From positions 169,696,001-169,760,000 of the forward strand of contig NC_058368.1 in NCBI RefSeq assembly GCF_018350175.1: a stretch of DNA of 64,000 bases, in the 5' to 3' direction. Every line of letters begins with the position of its first letter. The stretch's first letter is position 1. The translations under genes and the position numbers were made by a program. Below, piece after piece: positions 50,251-64,000 of the stretch. This DNA is from Felis catus. Lineage: Eukaryota. The notes below the pieces were generated by a model that was given only the letters and a program-made list of their open reading frames with translations, was not told the DNA's origin and searched no databases.

Positions 50251-53200
50251 GTAATTAGGACTTGGGGTAAGATTTGACTTCAGAAAGAAGTTTGTTTTGT
50301 TTTGTTTTCAAAGTCTAGGACGTTGACTTTTTAGTTCTTTCTGTGATTCCACAGATGGAAAGGCTATGACTCACCCCAATCATGCAGTTAGTAGAATGAC
50401 AATAATGTTTTGGGGCCCCTGACTCTCAACATAATGCTGTACCCCTTCCTGCCTATTCAGCTACTTTGGACATCCCAGCTCCCTTCCTGTGTTAGTCATT
50501 ACTCTTGGATCACTAGCAACAGAAAAAAATTTAAACTGGCTTAATCAGAATAAGAATTTATCTAGCTCTGGTCACCCCTGTATCCAGATCTGCTAATTGT
50601 TATCTCCTTAGCCTAGCATCTCCTACCCTCTTCCCATGGAAAGATCTTTCCTCCTAATTATGGGAAGAATCCAAAGATTCCCTCTTATAGTCTTATTACT
50701 CCAGTGTGTGGTATGTGTGCCCATTTTTGAAGCAGTTATTGTTACCAGGAGGCCCACATGCTCTGCCTGGCTAGAAATGGATCGGGTGCCCAACCCTGGA
50801 GCTGGAGGTGAGTAGGTTAGTCCTCAGCAACTTGACAGTGGCTTTGAGTGCAAGGGAGGATGCTCCCAAAGGAGAGCTGGCAGTGGAGGAGGGATTGCTG
50901 TGAAGGTAGAAACAAAGGTCCTCATTTACAAAAATTGACTTAACCCCCACAGAACTGAATACCTCAGAGTCGACAGTCCTTTAACTTACAAGAGCTGGGC
51001 TATTTCAGTTTATATTATCAAACGGTTCACTACTGGTTAATCCCAGTTCACCCCCCATCCTTTGCTCCCCTCGGTGGCTGCCATGTCTTTCCCGTGTCCA
51101 TGGCTGTGCTGATTTCTTGTACCTTTCCCGTTAACCAAAGATTATCAGGAAGATGCTTTTCAAAAAAAGTATCTAAACTTTGGACTGGGAAGGTGTGGTT
51201 GGTGTGTGACATTTTAGGTGATATTACATTGCCAACAGTTTTCACTGAGTCCATAAGTTTTTAGTTATAATTTGAGTGTGGGTGCTGTGCCTGTGAGATC
51301 CTATGGGCATCTAGCATGTCCCCTGTGACTACTCAGTGGGGTGAGCTACAGGGATACGAGACCCCAGTGAGCTCAGGCTGCCTTTTCCATTCCTAGTGCA
51401 ATTCCAACAAAGACACTGGCCTCTAAGGCCCTAAATAACCCTGCCTTGGAAATTGCACCTCTCCCCATGTACCACCATCACAATTAGCATGACTGGAAGC
51501 ATTCCAGCTACACTTTAGAAATTCAGGCTTCAGGGAAAGAGGAGTGAGTGTAGACTTCCCATGGAGGGTCCTCATTTGTAAAATTTTCTCTGCCTGCCCT
51601 GATTGCAAAGCCCCTGTGAGCAAAACCTTAGTTTTATTATGGGGAGTTACTGATGCTAATATATGGCAGTCAATGTTGTTTGCAATCTATTTAAATTAAA
51701 CATTATTTTGCACTGGCTCCCTGAAGAGTCTGTGTCACAAAAGAAGCACAATTTCATAAATCTAATAAACAACTATACAAACACATGCCTTTGTGCATTC
51801 ATACCCCTTGAAATGGCTGTATTTTTGTAAGTTTGTTCTATATGATTGCAAAGACAGCTATTTGTGCTTATTTGTGCATGAGTAATTCGTGTTTCCTTGG
51901 AAGTAAAGCCAAAGGCAGACATTGGCTGCTTCTCGGCACATCTCTGTGTACACAGGGATCTATAAATATGAATGCTCCTACTTTCAGAGTTTGAAAATAA
52001 AACGACCAAATATTTTTTGAATGAAACTGGTCTGGCTTTTAATTCATACCAGCCCTCTGGAAAACATACTAATAAAACCACTGTAGCAATCACGTGTTTC
52101 TTTGGAAACATCGGTATAATTAGCCCTTTCAAGAAGGGAACAAAACTGTATTGGAAACCTCCATTTGAAATACAGTGAAGCCAAATACAGTACCTAATTA
52201 CAGCGATGCAGTTTTTTCCTTGTGCTTTGATTTCCTGGCAAGTCATTATTTTAGGCCTTTGTTCCCCCTTCAACCACAGTCATAGTCTTGGCAGAAATTT
52301 TGCCAGGTGTAAAACCTCCAATCTGGTGGGTATCTCTTCTTTCTACTCTTCTCTCTTCTTTCTTCTTTCTTCTCTTCTTTCTTAAGGATATGCTCAGAAG
52401 TAACCAAACACGTGGTATACTTAGAGGGTTACCCCCTGGAAATTCAGGAGTCCTTCCTCAGCCAGGCTCCAGAGAGCCATTTCCATCTTTATCCCTTCTT
52501 CGTCTGTATCCTTAAGACACTCAGACCCTTGAATCTCTCTTCCCCATGGTTGCCATCCCTTCCTGCTCAAGGGAAGGATTATATTGGGGTGGGCTTTCAG
52601 AAGAAAGAGAGATCTTGGAGGAATCTGGGAAGGTTTGTAGAGGCACATCATGGAAGATTTGAGCTGGAGCCCTTACCTTCTCCTCAGTGAACTTTTGTCT
52701 TTTAAGCTTTGTCTGTGGAATGAAATCTTTGTCCCCCATGAAAGGAATCCCTCTGTGAGCAGGATGGAGAGACTGTTGGTGTGTTGGGAGTCTTCCTCTG
52801 GGGGAAGGGAACTAGAAGAACAAGTAACAAAAGCCTAATAAATACAGCTGGTGAAAGCTGGGATTTCTGAGTGACTGCTCCAGTGCTCAAAGGGGCTCTT
52901 GGGGTTTGGAGTTAAAACACCTCTCTTTACACCTGACTTAATGACTACCCTGAGGGAAGAGTTGTTCTGGCTGATTGAATTAGATTTCTCTTCACTTTCT
53001 GATTTACCCCCAAAACATGAACTGAGTTGAACAGTAAGGATCCTCAGTACTCCAGTCTCATTTCACTACACAATACCTTAAGTACACCTGATTCTATTAT
53101 TATGTTGATATCCACCCATTAGCCATACACCCTAATGAAGGCTCATATTACAGAGTATGGACGTTAGAATGAAAAGCAAACCAGGGGGAACATTTGCACT

Positions 53201-53479
53201 TGAATTTGATTTCTAGGAAACCACTCATTTAAAGTTCTCTTTGTAATTAATTTTTCTCATATGTCAATGTATTGCAAAATTTTAAATGAAAATTAAATTT
53301 GAAACATGCCTTGAGACACAAAGTACCATCAATAGGAAATGTCTTTCCTCTGGAAATGATAATAGGTGTCAGTAAGCCATTTTCCAGCTGGTAGCTTCTG
53401 AGGCACTTGGGATAAATCTGAAATAACTCAACCATGGTTTCCCATGACTTGAGCACTGGGCCCTGCCTAGCACTTAGCC

Positions 53480-53880
53480 TCTTCTCTTTTCTCACATGCT
53501 AGTTACCATGGTCTTCTTTCAGTACTGCAGTCTTACCCTACTTTGTCTCTTGCTTCTGGGGATATGTGCTATTTCCTTAGCCTGGAGCCCTCTTTGCCCT
53601 GCTGTTCATCTAAGAAATCTCCACTCACTTTTTGGATTTCACCTTAAACATTATGTCCTTTCCTGGACTACAGAAGAGGTTGGTTCCCTTGTTATCTATG
53701 CCCTTAATAGATACTTTTGACCCCTCCTGCCATATTTGTAGTCATTTTTTTCAGTATCTTTCTTTGTCATTAGAATATACGCTTACTGAGGGTAGGCACT
53801 GTATATATTTTTTCCTCCTATTTGAAGCTGTCACAACTAGCCTTGGCATATAATAGTCGCCCAATAAATTTTTATTGGAC
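53480..53880 (+). mobile_element. L2 3' fragment
   Basis: tagaatatacgcttactgagggtagg...ggcatataatagtcgcccaataaat. Confidence 0.7.
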
Positions 53881-56784
53881 AGATGTATGCCTGTGACAGG
53901 ACAAAATATTTATGTAAAACTTTTAGTACAAAAGCCCTTTTTTTCTGTTACCTTTTTTAAAAAAGTGCACATACTAGATTCTGTATCATTTCTGTGTGAG
54001 TTAGGGGATAAGAAAAGGATGAGCAAATCTGATAAATTAAAAACCATGGTGTCATTTTCAATATAATTAGCTCAAAATAGGCTCCATTTTCTTTCAAGCA
54101 TGACCTTAAGAAGCTTCATGGATTGCTCACAGTGCCTCCTGGTAGTTATTTCCAAGACTGCCAGTGTTGAGCCTAGCAATAAATATTTCAAGAATAAGCT
54201 TTGGCTTTACATTGGTCCTTTTCTTTGGTATGCGTTGGAAACACTGACCTTACCACCTCCACATTCACCTCCAAACTCCAAGACATTTCATTAAATATGG
54301 ATAGAATGTTCCAGAAGTTTTGTGCTGAAAGTGAAGTATAGATTGAGCAAAAAATTCTTAGTCCTCATTGATTTGATTATAATGACTCTAAACTCCCAGG
54401 AGGTCTGGAACATAAGTAAGTCAAACTTTAGCAAATCCTATGCATCAAGCTCTTAGGCCCTAGGAAGGCTGGCGCTGAATGTTCAAAGCATGACATTAGG
54501 GCCCACCAGGCTTGTGTCTCCATGCTGACTTCTTCCATTACAGCTCTCTTGCTGCAATCCCAGGAGTCAGGCTGGGGGCCTGAGCTTCCCTTTTGCTGGA
54601 TGATGAGCCATCCCAGCTGTAAAAGGATTTAGTTTGCTCCTAATTTAACCTTAATGCTTCTTTAAATTTTTGCTGCATATTCTTGGCATCATCAGAGTTT
54701 TCATTATTAATGAAGTTTTATTTTGGATCATTAAATTGTTAGAATTCTAACCAGCATTTAAAAATTACTAACTTTTATGCTTCTAAAATGTTTTTGAAGC
54801 ATATGAGTCTTGTGTGGTTCTGTACATAGCCTTAAACCTCCATAGGTGGTGGTCACACAGAATCAAATGATGCTTTTTAATGGAAAGTTACACCTTTGAA
54901 AATTTACATAGGAAATAATTCTTTGATCAAATTAAGGATATGCACTGCTGCAATAATTTACTTGGATAGCACAAAACTTTACAGAAATAGGAAATCTTTT
55001 CATCTCTACTCCCTGCTTTCCCATCCAAGCTTATCCTGATATTAATAACTTCTACAGAAAGGGTGAAGTCTGGAACCAATTTATGATAACTTCATCATCT
55101 CTGCAGCATTTATTGAACTGGCTCAGAGAAGTTAGAGTCTTTTCAGGCTAAGAAAATACACTTTCAGACAAATATTAGTTTACCAGCAAAGCATTTCCTA
55201 GGAATGAAGCCTATCTACACATCATAAAATATTGAACAAAAATTTCTTAGGCCCTCATATTTCCCTGGAAACATTCTAGTCATGGAGGGTCAAAACAACA
55301 GCTTCAAAGTAACCAAGAGCAAAGGGTCTGTTGATCGAGTCAGGAGTCTTCTCATGGAATGAACTGTAGTCTGGAGCCCTTACAGTTTCTTAATCCTCAG
55401 CATTGATTAAGCACTGCTATTTGCCAGGTGCTGTCCTAGGTTTCAGAAGGCTATGGGGGTGTGTAGGCACAGTCCTTGCCCCAAGAGCTCATCGCTTCTA
55501 GTCTTCTGAAAGCATTTAGTTACAGTAACCCTTGTATATGAACACAGGTCACGAGGTTGTCAAATGAGGTCATGCATGGCAAGGTTCTGAGAGTGCCTGA
55601 CTCCACCTCCGTGGGTTACTCTAAGGGCATAATGCCATTGTAGAGATGAAGACAGTTTTGGTTTATGGTTAGAAACACAGGCATGAGGAATATCTCAAAG
55701 CGAATGTCAGAAGTTGGCAGCAGCTTCTTTGGCGTTTGCTTCAAGTCTCTTATTGTATGAGTTTCAGTGAAGTCTCTCTGAATTAGCTCATTACAACAAT
55801 GCTGTCTGGTCTATTACTTCATCCTTTTTTTCCTCACTTTAATCATGACAGAGAAAGGACGGAGTGCAGCCAGAGTGCAGAGACAGTTCTTAGCATAAGG
55901 AGGTTGATTTAAAAAAGAAAATAAAAATATTAAAGAAAGGTGCTTTCTTTTTGACTTATGAAAAATTCTAGTTGTGTAAGAATTAAACATTTCTGTAAGT
56001 TTATCAGTGTCTTGACTTCATACCCTGCCTTTTTCTAGAAGTGATTTCAAGTCACCTAAAACAATACATGAAATATACCAAAATAACATGGGTAAAAGTG
56101 GGATGAAAGAAGAAATACAAATGGGTGAACACTAAGTGTTTTTGGAATCAACCTAAAGACACATACTATGGAGACCAAAATACACCTATGAAAAGCAGAG
56201 TATGTTTGTGTCTATGATTCCTGATGCCAGGATAGCTCAGAACAAATGATAAGTGCCTTGGGACAAAACTTCTCTATAATTACCATCTCTTCCTGATGCA
56301 CTGAATTCAGTTGTGTGGGTTGGTCCCCCTCAGGGGTAACTAAGTCGACAGACTATTTTCTGTTTTCAGTCAAACTCTTGAAGAGATTGTAAGCTCCTTG
56401 GGGCAAAACTCTTTCTTTATAAAGGTGGCATCTGACAGAGTTCCTAGCACATGGTGGGTGCTGAATAAACACTGGTTGGCAGGTTGAGAAAATTAAAAAA
56501 TGTGAATCAGGTGATCTGCTAAGTTGGAGCAAGGATTAATGTTTTTGTTTAGATGATGACTAAGTGACATTCTTGGACTCTGGCAGATTTTAATTTGCAA
56601 CATTATATCTGGAATAAAGGTAGATATGCAAATCAAAGTAATTATATTCCTGGAAATTACTTGGCAATTAATAGATACCAGTCACTTAAAATAAAAATTG
56701 AATGCGTAGAAATACAGCATTTTAATATCTCTTAAAGAAAGCCTTAATGGAGCTAGTTTACAATAACTATATTATTATTTAAAT

Positions 56785-57008
56785 ATTTTTCATGTTTATT
56801 TATTTTTGAGAGAGAAGGAGAGAGAGACAGAGACAAAGACAGAGCACCAGTGGGGGAGGGACAGAGAGCGAGGGAGACACAGAACATGAAGCAGGCTCCT
56901 CAGAGCTGTCAGCACAGAGTCTGACGCGAGGCTTAAACTCAGGAACTGCAAGATCACAACCTGAGCTGGAATTGGACCCTTAACCGACTGAGCCACCCAG
57001 GTGCCCCC
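56785..57008 (-). mobile_element. Can-SINE
   Basis: tttatttatttttgagag...gagccacccaggtgcccc. Confidence 0.95.
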
Positions 57009-57716
57009 TAAACTACTTTTTAAAAACAGAGAGAGGCTTTTAAAAACATGTTTTACATTTTCTAGAATGCAGAGCTGGAAGGGATCTTCCAGAATGCCTC
57101 ATTTACTCTCTGCCCGTTTCCCACCCTAGTTCTGCAGATGAAGAGATAGACCAAATACTTGACGTTTCTTCCTCAAGTTTATGGCACAGTTAAGATGGGG
57201 ACTCTGAGTAACTTTCCCTTTGATCAAGCCGCACATGTCCTGACCACCGCTCCCTCACACTAGTTTGGTCAAGGGATAAGGTTGTCTCATAAAATAAAAT
57301 TGAATAAAACATCAAGAATTGCATGAGGTGATATTGAAAATGTGAGGGTCTGTGTAATTTTTTGGCAAATTTTAACAGTGGTAATATATCAAGATTTTAA
57401 TTTGCCTGGTGATGTATCTGTTCACCCATAAGGTGTATCTGGCTTGAGTTTGATATGATTTACTACTGGTGGTGATTACTTTGATTCAATAGCTGATGTA
57501 TTTACAGAAATTCAGGAACAGGTGTTTGTGATTCAGCAATGTCTCCAGCATCTAATTCAGTATGCACGTTAGTAGGTCATGTATCATATTTATAGGAACT
57601 CCATTACATTCATAATAGGGTGAATTTTTTCCCTGGGCAAAATCTTGAAGTTTATCAGTGAGGTTACTACGTATTCATGGCCACATATGTGGAAGTTTGT
57701 ATATTTGAATTTAAGT

Positions 57717-57886
57717 GTTTTCTCCTCGTTCTTTCTGAATTATCTTGTTTGAGAAAGAAAGCATTGAGTAGCTTTTACTTTATAAACGCCCAGCTTTAAA
57801 TTTTTTCTCCTTGTTCTTTGAGAATTATCTTCTTGTTTGAGAAAGAAAGCATTGAGTAGCTTTTACTTTATAAATTCTCAGCTTTG
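57717..57886. repeat. Two-copy ~85-bp tandem duplication
   Basis: tcttgtttgagaaagaaagcattgagtagcttttactttataaa occurs twice, with similar flanks. Confidence 0.95.
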
Positions 57887-59001
57887 TTTTCCAGTGTCCC
57901 AAGGGTGGGAGGGAACGCTTTAGGTGTTTGGAAGGGATGTTAAATGAAAATCTTGGCGCCTCAGGAGAGGGGCCAGTAGGACACTGAGTGAGGCCTGAGT
58001 AATGCCACTGGATGTTGGGATAAAGAGCTCATTCAGTCTCCTGGGTCTGTAGACCTTGTGCTTGTTTCAGGGCTGTGAGCAAGATGCTAAAATATATTGC
58101 TGATCCCTTGCCTCAGGGAGCTGCGTCAAGGCTTAAACTTGATTTAAACACACAACACCTGGAAATATTTTCATCCTCTTCACCCCAGGCTGGATTTGAA
58201 CTGCTGACTCGGAGATGAAGCGTTCTACAGCTCAGATCCAAGCCCTATAGTCAATCAGGCTCCTTCCTCAGACATTTCCTATTGTGCTAGGTCCTGAAAG
58301 ATGATATTAAATGGTCTTGAGGAAAAACAGGATGTTGTTGCTACTGTTGGCATTGATGGCAATATTGACATGCTATCGTTTGGCTCGAGTTCTTTTATTT
58401 TATGAACATAAAAAGCAGAAATTAGCCTGTATACCGTAAAGCCAAACCAGAAAGACAGGCCATGATCTATACAACGGCAGGACAGTCTGATTATATAGTT
58501 CTGCACAAAAGAAACAGATAAATTTTTCTAAAGAGGCTTGCCAGCATTTCTATTCATAAATGTGTGTTCAACCGATAGTCTAATTGCCTCATTTATAGTA
58601 GGAGGACATGCTGGTCTTCTTCCACATTATTTACTCTTCCACTGAGTTTTGGAGTAGACAGTGAGATGGCAGTTCAATCCTTAGGACTGCTGGTCTTAAA
58701 CATTGCTTCTCTCTCCATGACAAGTGTTTTATTGTCACTTCTGACTGGAATTCTCTTTTGTTTAGTCAGTTGTCCATCTTTCCAGAGTTCCTGAGTTTCA
58801 GTGGAGCTTCTGAGAATAATTTTTAAACCCTTTAAGCTTTCCTGGCTCTTCAAAAATGAACTATATTCCTTTATGAGTGAATAGGACAAACTGGAAACAA
58901 TCCTGTGCATTGGAACACAGTAATTTATACCCATAATACATTTCCCTTTGTGCATATTCATCCATAAAATTGTTGCAATCACTTGGCTAGATACATAAGG
59001 C

Positions 59002-59300
59002 ATTCATTCATTCATTCATTCATTCATTCATTCATTCATTATTTATTCAGCACTGAACAGGCATTGGACTAGACTCTAGGGATGCAAAATATGGAAAGGA
59101 ACCATCCTTGTCTTCTAGAGTTTCTAGATGCTCCCTTCTAGTGGGTACTAACAAAATCTATTACTTTAAAGTGAATGTGTACAAAGTATAGATAGAGAAA
59201 CAGGGAAGGATTGTTAAAGTCTATTTGGAGGAACAAGAAAAGATTTCACAAAGAGCAAAACTTTAGGGTAACATGTAAAAAGAAAAATGTTTGCCAGAGT
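59002..59300 (-). mobile_element. L2 fragment with (TTCA)n tail
   Basis: (attc)n then atttattcagcac...ctagactctagggatgca. Confidence 0.7.
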
Positions 59301-60562
59301 GGTCAAAGGAAGATATTGAAGTAGGGATGCTATTACCATTGTTTTATGGATGAAGAAACTGAGGCTAACAAAATTAAAAGACTTCATCAAGGTTATAAAC
59401 CAGTCGATGAGACTTCAGGTAGTTGAACTGAGATCTTCCATTCTGTTTTCAGTACACCCCCATCACCTATCAACAATTCAGTATATGGATTTTTCACATT
59501 TTCATAATTCTGTAAGAGCCAGAGTGTATATATAGTCATCTTGTTTGAGTATGTAAAGGCACTGAAGTGTTAAGGAGAGAGATAAAAAAAATCTAACTTA
59601 TATTTGTAATTTTTATTTTGTATATTATTTTTACCGATGTGTGAACCATATATAATCAAGTATAAATCTTAAGTGTGTAGCTTGATGAATTTTTAAAAAG
59701 TAGAAATACCCATAATCAAGAACTAGAATACTACAAGCCCCTCCACAGTCTCCCTCATGTCAGCTCTTAGTAATTATAGCCCCTATAAATTAACCACTCT
59801 TCCATCTTCCATATAAATACATGTTTTTAAGTTTTATAAAAATAGAATCACATAATATGTACTCTTTTGTGTCTGGTTTCTTTTTCTCATCATTATGTCT
59901 GCAAGATTCACCAAGTCACAACATATAGTAGTAATCTGATTTATCATTGTTCTGTAATATTCCATGGTAGGAATATACCACACTTATTCATTCTTTTGTC
60001 TATGAACATCTGGGTTATTTGCAGTTTGAGTTTATTATGAATAATGCTTCCAAGAACATTTCATGGGTGTCTTTAGTGCACATATGTGCACATGTCTGTT
60101 GGGTATACTTTTAGGAGGAGAGTTTCTGGATCATAGAATATGTATATATCCAACTTTAGTAGTTAGTGCCACACAGTTTTCAATTCAGTCTAATTTTTCA
60201 GTGTCTTCGTGTATATAGTTACACATTCAGTGTCTCATGTGTAATGGGCTGAAGGTGTGCTTTTCCTATATGTATGTGCAGTTGATCTGGTGCTGTTTGT
60301 TGAAAAGATCAGCCTTTCATGACTGTATTGTTTTGTCAATATGGTGGCACTTTTGGCAAATATCAGGAGATTATATAAATGTTAGTCTAAATCTGCATTC
60401 TCTATTTGATGTCACTAGTGTCTAGTTATCCATATATGTGCCAAAACAATGCTCCCTTAATTATTGAAGCCTTATAATGTCTTCATATCTGGTACTATAA
60501 GCCCTGTCATTTTGTTCTTGTTCTTCAGATAGTCTTTCCTATTCTTGGCCCTTGCCATTTCT

Positions 60563-60785
60563 TTTTTTAAAAATTTTTTTTTCAACGTTTATTTATTTTT
60601 GGGACAGAGAGAGACAGAGCATGAGCGGGGGAGGGGCAGAGAGAGAGGGAGACACAGAATCGGAAACAGGCTCCAGGCTCCGAGCCATCAGCCCAGAGCC
60701 TGACGCGGGGCTCAAACTCACGGACCGCGAGATCGTGACCTGGCTGAAGTCGGACGCTTAACCGACTGCGCCACCCAGGCGCCCC
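60563..60785 (-). mobile_element. Young Can-SINE
   Basis: Perfect 16-bp TSD ggcccttgccatttct. Confidence 0.98.
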
Positions 60786-61067
60786 GGCCCTTGCCATTTC
60801 TACAAAGGAAGCTTCATTTTAATTGGGACTCTACTGAATCTGTTAGGGAAGAAATGAAGTTTTATAATAATGAATATTCCAATCCATAAATGTGATACAT
60901 CCTTTTGCGTATTTGAGTGTTCTTAAACTGTTTGCACTATGTTTTTTACTTTTCTATGTAAGGGTTTTACACATCTTCCTTTAATTTATTTCTAGGTATT
61001 TGAGGATTTCTGATGCTATTATAAAAGTTCTGGCTTAAAAAAAACCTTCCTAATCATATGCATGCTG

Positions 61068-61068
61068 C

Positions 61069-61103
<35 letters not shown>
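61068..61103. repeat. (ATCT)n microsatellite
   Basis: Direct reading. Confidence 0.95.
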
Positions 61104-61127
61104 AACACATATAAAATTTGCTGTTTC

Positions 61128-61344
61128 TTTTTTTTTTTTTAACATTTTTAAATTTATTTTTGAGACAGAGACAGAGCATGAACAGAGGAGGGGCACAGAG
61201 AGAGGGAGACGCAGAATCTGAAACAGGCTCTGGGCTTTGAGCTGTCAGCACAGAGCCCGACGCAGGGCTTGAACTCACGGATCGTGAGATCATGACCTGA
61301 GCCGAAGTCGGACGCTCAACCAACTGAGCCACCCAGGTGCCCCC
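61128..61344 (-). mobile_element. Can-SINE
   Basis: TSD aaaattt(g/a)ctgtttct. Confidence 0.96.
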
Positions 61345-61476
61345 AAAATTTACTGTTTCTTAATATTGAGTTTAAATTAAGAAACATTGTTAAGTTCATT
61401 TATTTGTTGACTGTAGTTTAAGAAGTTTCCAATGCATGTAATATATTATCTGTGAATAAGAACAGTTACTTTCTGC

Positions 61477-61843
61477 TGTAGACTAAATGTTTGTATCTGC
61501 CCCACCCCCTCCAAATTCCTATGTTGAAACCCAACCCTCACTATGATGATATTAGGAGGAGGGGGCTTTGGGAGGAGATTAGGCCATGAGGGTGAAGCCC
61601 TCATGAATGGGATAGTGTCCTCTTAAAGGAGATCCCAAAGAGCTCCTTCTCACCTTCTGCCATGTGAGGACACAGTAATAATACAGCTGCGTAGAAACCT
61701 GAACGTGGGTCCTCACCAGACACATCTGCTGGTGCTTTGATCTTGGACTTCCCAGCCTCCAGACCTGTAAGAAATAAATTTCTGTCATTTATAAGCCACC
61801 TAGTCTATGGTATTCTGTTAGAGTAGCGTGGATGGACTAAGAT
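61477..61843 (+). mobile_element. MLT1A-type MaLR LTR
   Basis: tgtagactaaatgtttgt...ttggacttcccagcctccaga...ggactaaga. Confidence 0.9.
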
Positions 61844-64000
61844 GCTTTCCAGGACTTAATATATTATTTTTTGTTTTCTATTGCACTGTCTAGCACCTCC
61901 AGTAAACGAGGCAGTGATAACTGACATCCTTCTTTTGTTCTTGATCTTAGGCAGGGAAAATTTTAATATGTCACTATTGAAACTCCTGTTAAGTCTGACA
62001 TTTGTTATAGGAGTTTTCCATTACCTATAATCAGATTAGAGATGTTTGCTTCTATTCCTAGCTTGCTAAGAATAGAGTATTCAAGGTAGATAAATTGCTG
62101 CTCCTTCTGTGGGGAAGAGGCAGTGAAAGTTAGTAAGAAATTCTGGAAATGTGATTCCAATATGGCTGAAGCCTGGCTAGTGGCACATGGGGGAACTGGG
62201 AATTTGCTCATGATAAAAAAGTAGAAGAAAAAAGAAGAGAAAGCTAAGTAGGCGTAGACAGAGGAGTCTTCTTCTCTCTTTGTTTTTCTCTCCTGAGTCA
62301 CATGTCTCTTATCATGAACCTCTACGATTCGGCTTCTCTCACCATTCTTGTATCTTTTTTTTCTCCTTAATTTCCATTATAGAGTGCAGTTCACATATGC
62401 CTTTGCTAATATAAACAGTTACGCATGCTTCAACCCATGAACAACCCATTCTGTTGTTCCCTTTAGCTGGGAAACCACTTTTAATTTGTAGTGTGAGTGA
62501 CTGGTGACCAGCTCAGCCAATACTGTACCATGAGCCACTGTAGCAGATGTCTGTTGACCTCACATTTAGGGCAACAAGGTAAGATCTTGTGTTTCACAGC
62601 TCCCCTCTGGAACTTTCTGCCCCAACCCCTCACATTTTCTAGTAACAGCTGTGCTCTTGGAGTTTTGATGATTAACAAAGTATCAAACCATTCCCCTGGA
62701 ACCCTCTAGAATTGCCTCTCATGGGGAATCTGATGGATCTCTACTTCACAGATGGTTTATCAGTACATCAAGTAATAACTTGCTCTTCTGTCTCCATTCT
62801 CCTGGGTACATTTTAGAGGAAAAAAAATCTCCAGGTTCATATGATAGGTGTTTCATCTTTGTTAACACAAGCACCTGGTAATGAATCTTTATAATATTAG
62901 CTACATGCTGAACCAGCCCTATCCCTGATTTCACTTGGAGACTCTATAACTCCACATTTGCTTTAGCTTTCTTACGAAAACTTGAGATTATTTATTTTCT
63001 CTGTGTATATTCTTGGCATATTTCTGCCTAGAGGAAGAGCAAAATCAATAAGTCCTACAGTTTTATTAAGTTTCTTAAAGAGCACGATATCTGATCTGCT
63101 GGCTTGAGTTGTTTAATCACTATCCTGTATGAATCCATCTTTGGATGGTGTTTTTTTTTTTCCCCGGCATGTTTTTCAGTTGTCTTTCATAATAGTGTTG
63201 TCTAACTCACTAACTTTATTTAAAGAATAATTGCTGCTCCTAGCAGCATGTCAGTGCCTTTGGGTGTAGCCCAAAGCAGCCGAAGGTAAAGAATATTTTC
63301 CTACGTACACATTCTTTTGCCTTTAAGCCTGCTGTACTATCGGTCAATTTCTCTTCTGTTTTTTCCTATGGGTCTAATTGTGGCAAGCTTAGCTGCCATT
63401 CAGCCTACCCCAATTTGCAATAAAAGTCAAGTGAGATAACATGACATGTATCCAATTTCACTCTAATATGGAGAGTCAGGTACACAGGGCTTGGGATAAA
63501 CTAAAGTGGTCTGTTCCCAAGTTACTAGGGTCTATTGAAGAAAATCATCCAGCAGGTAGAACAGACCCTTCAACCTCAGCCAGACTCTCAGGGCTGCCTG
63601 GGGTCATTCCCCACACAGCTAGTCAGCTGCTTCTCCCTTTTGTCTCAATAGCTGTTCCAAATGTTCACCACTTTCTTCAGATTCCTTCCTCTGCCCTGTC
63701 CTCTCTTGTTCTCAGCAGAGGAACTTGCCTTCTTATTCATTCAGAAAGACAAGAAATAACTCACCCCCATAACCCAAAACCACCCATAAAATGTATTTCC
63801 ATCAGGACACGTGCTTTCAGTCTTTCCTATTTTCCATGAAAGACTGTCCGTCCCACTGCTGAAGTCTAATTCATCTACCCAACCACCTGCACTGGAGTTT
63901 GTCTTCTGCCTTGACAGAGACCTTGGGCCATCTGCCGTCCACTTTATATCATTTGCTCCCTTCAACACATGAATATGCTCTTTATAAAAATATCCTCTGA

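Larger units (their letters stand above)
59610..62090 (-). mobile_element. Ancient L1M 3' region interrupted by two SINEs and an MLT1
   Basis: gtgtagcttgatgaatttt, gtactcttttgtgtctgg, ttttaattgggactctactgaatc. Confidence 0.8.

Noticed and set aside
51773..52273. 166-aa minus-strand ORF
   Set aside because: No recognisable domain or splice context, so treated as a chance ORF.

Overview
Mammalian DNA, almost certainly felid: it holds about 20 tRNA-derived Can-SINEs of SINEC_Fc type and an L1_Fc-type 3' end. It is dense in old repeats (L1M, L2, MIR, MaLR/ERVL LTRs, hAT and mariner MITEs), and I found no intact protein-coding gene. The main result is a chain of repeat-free islands on the minus strand from about 40,020 down to about 200. 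Hand translation gives collinear, heavily decayed exons (stops, frameshifts, some damaged splice sites) of a secreted MUC4/SUSD2-like protein: signal peptide, NIDO, AMOP, AMOP, VWD, then a second NIDO-AMOP-VWD unit running off the left edge. This looks like an ancient spliced unitary pseudogene of a multi-module mucin-4-like gene, distinct from MUC4 itself. All protein comparisons are by eye against the MUC4 sequence as I recall it, repeat family names are from memory, and no search was run. Coordinates of old repeats are approximate.
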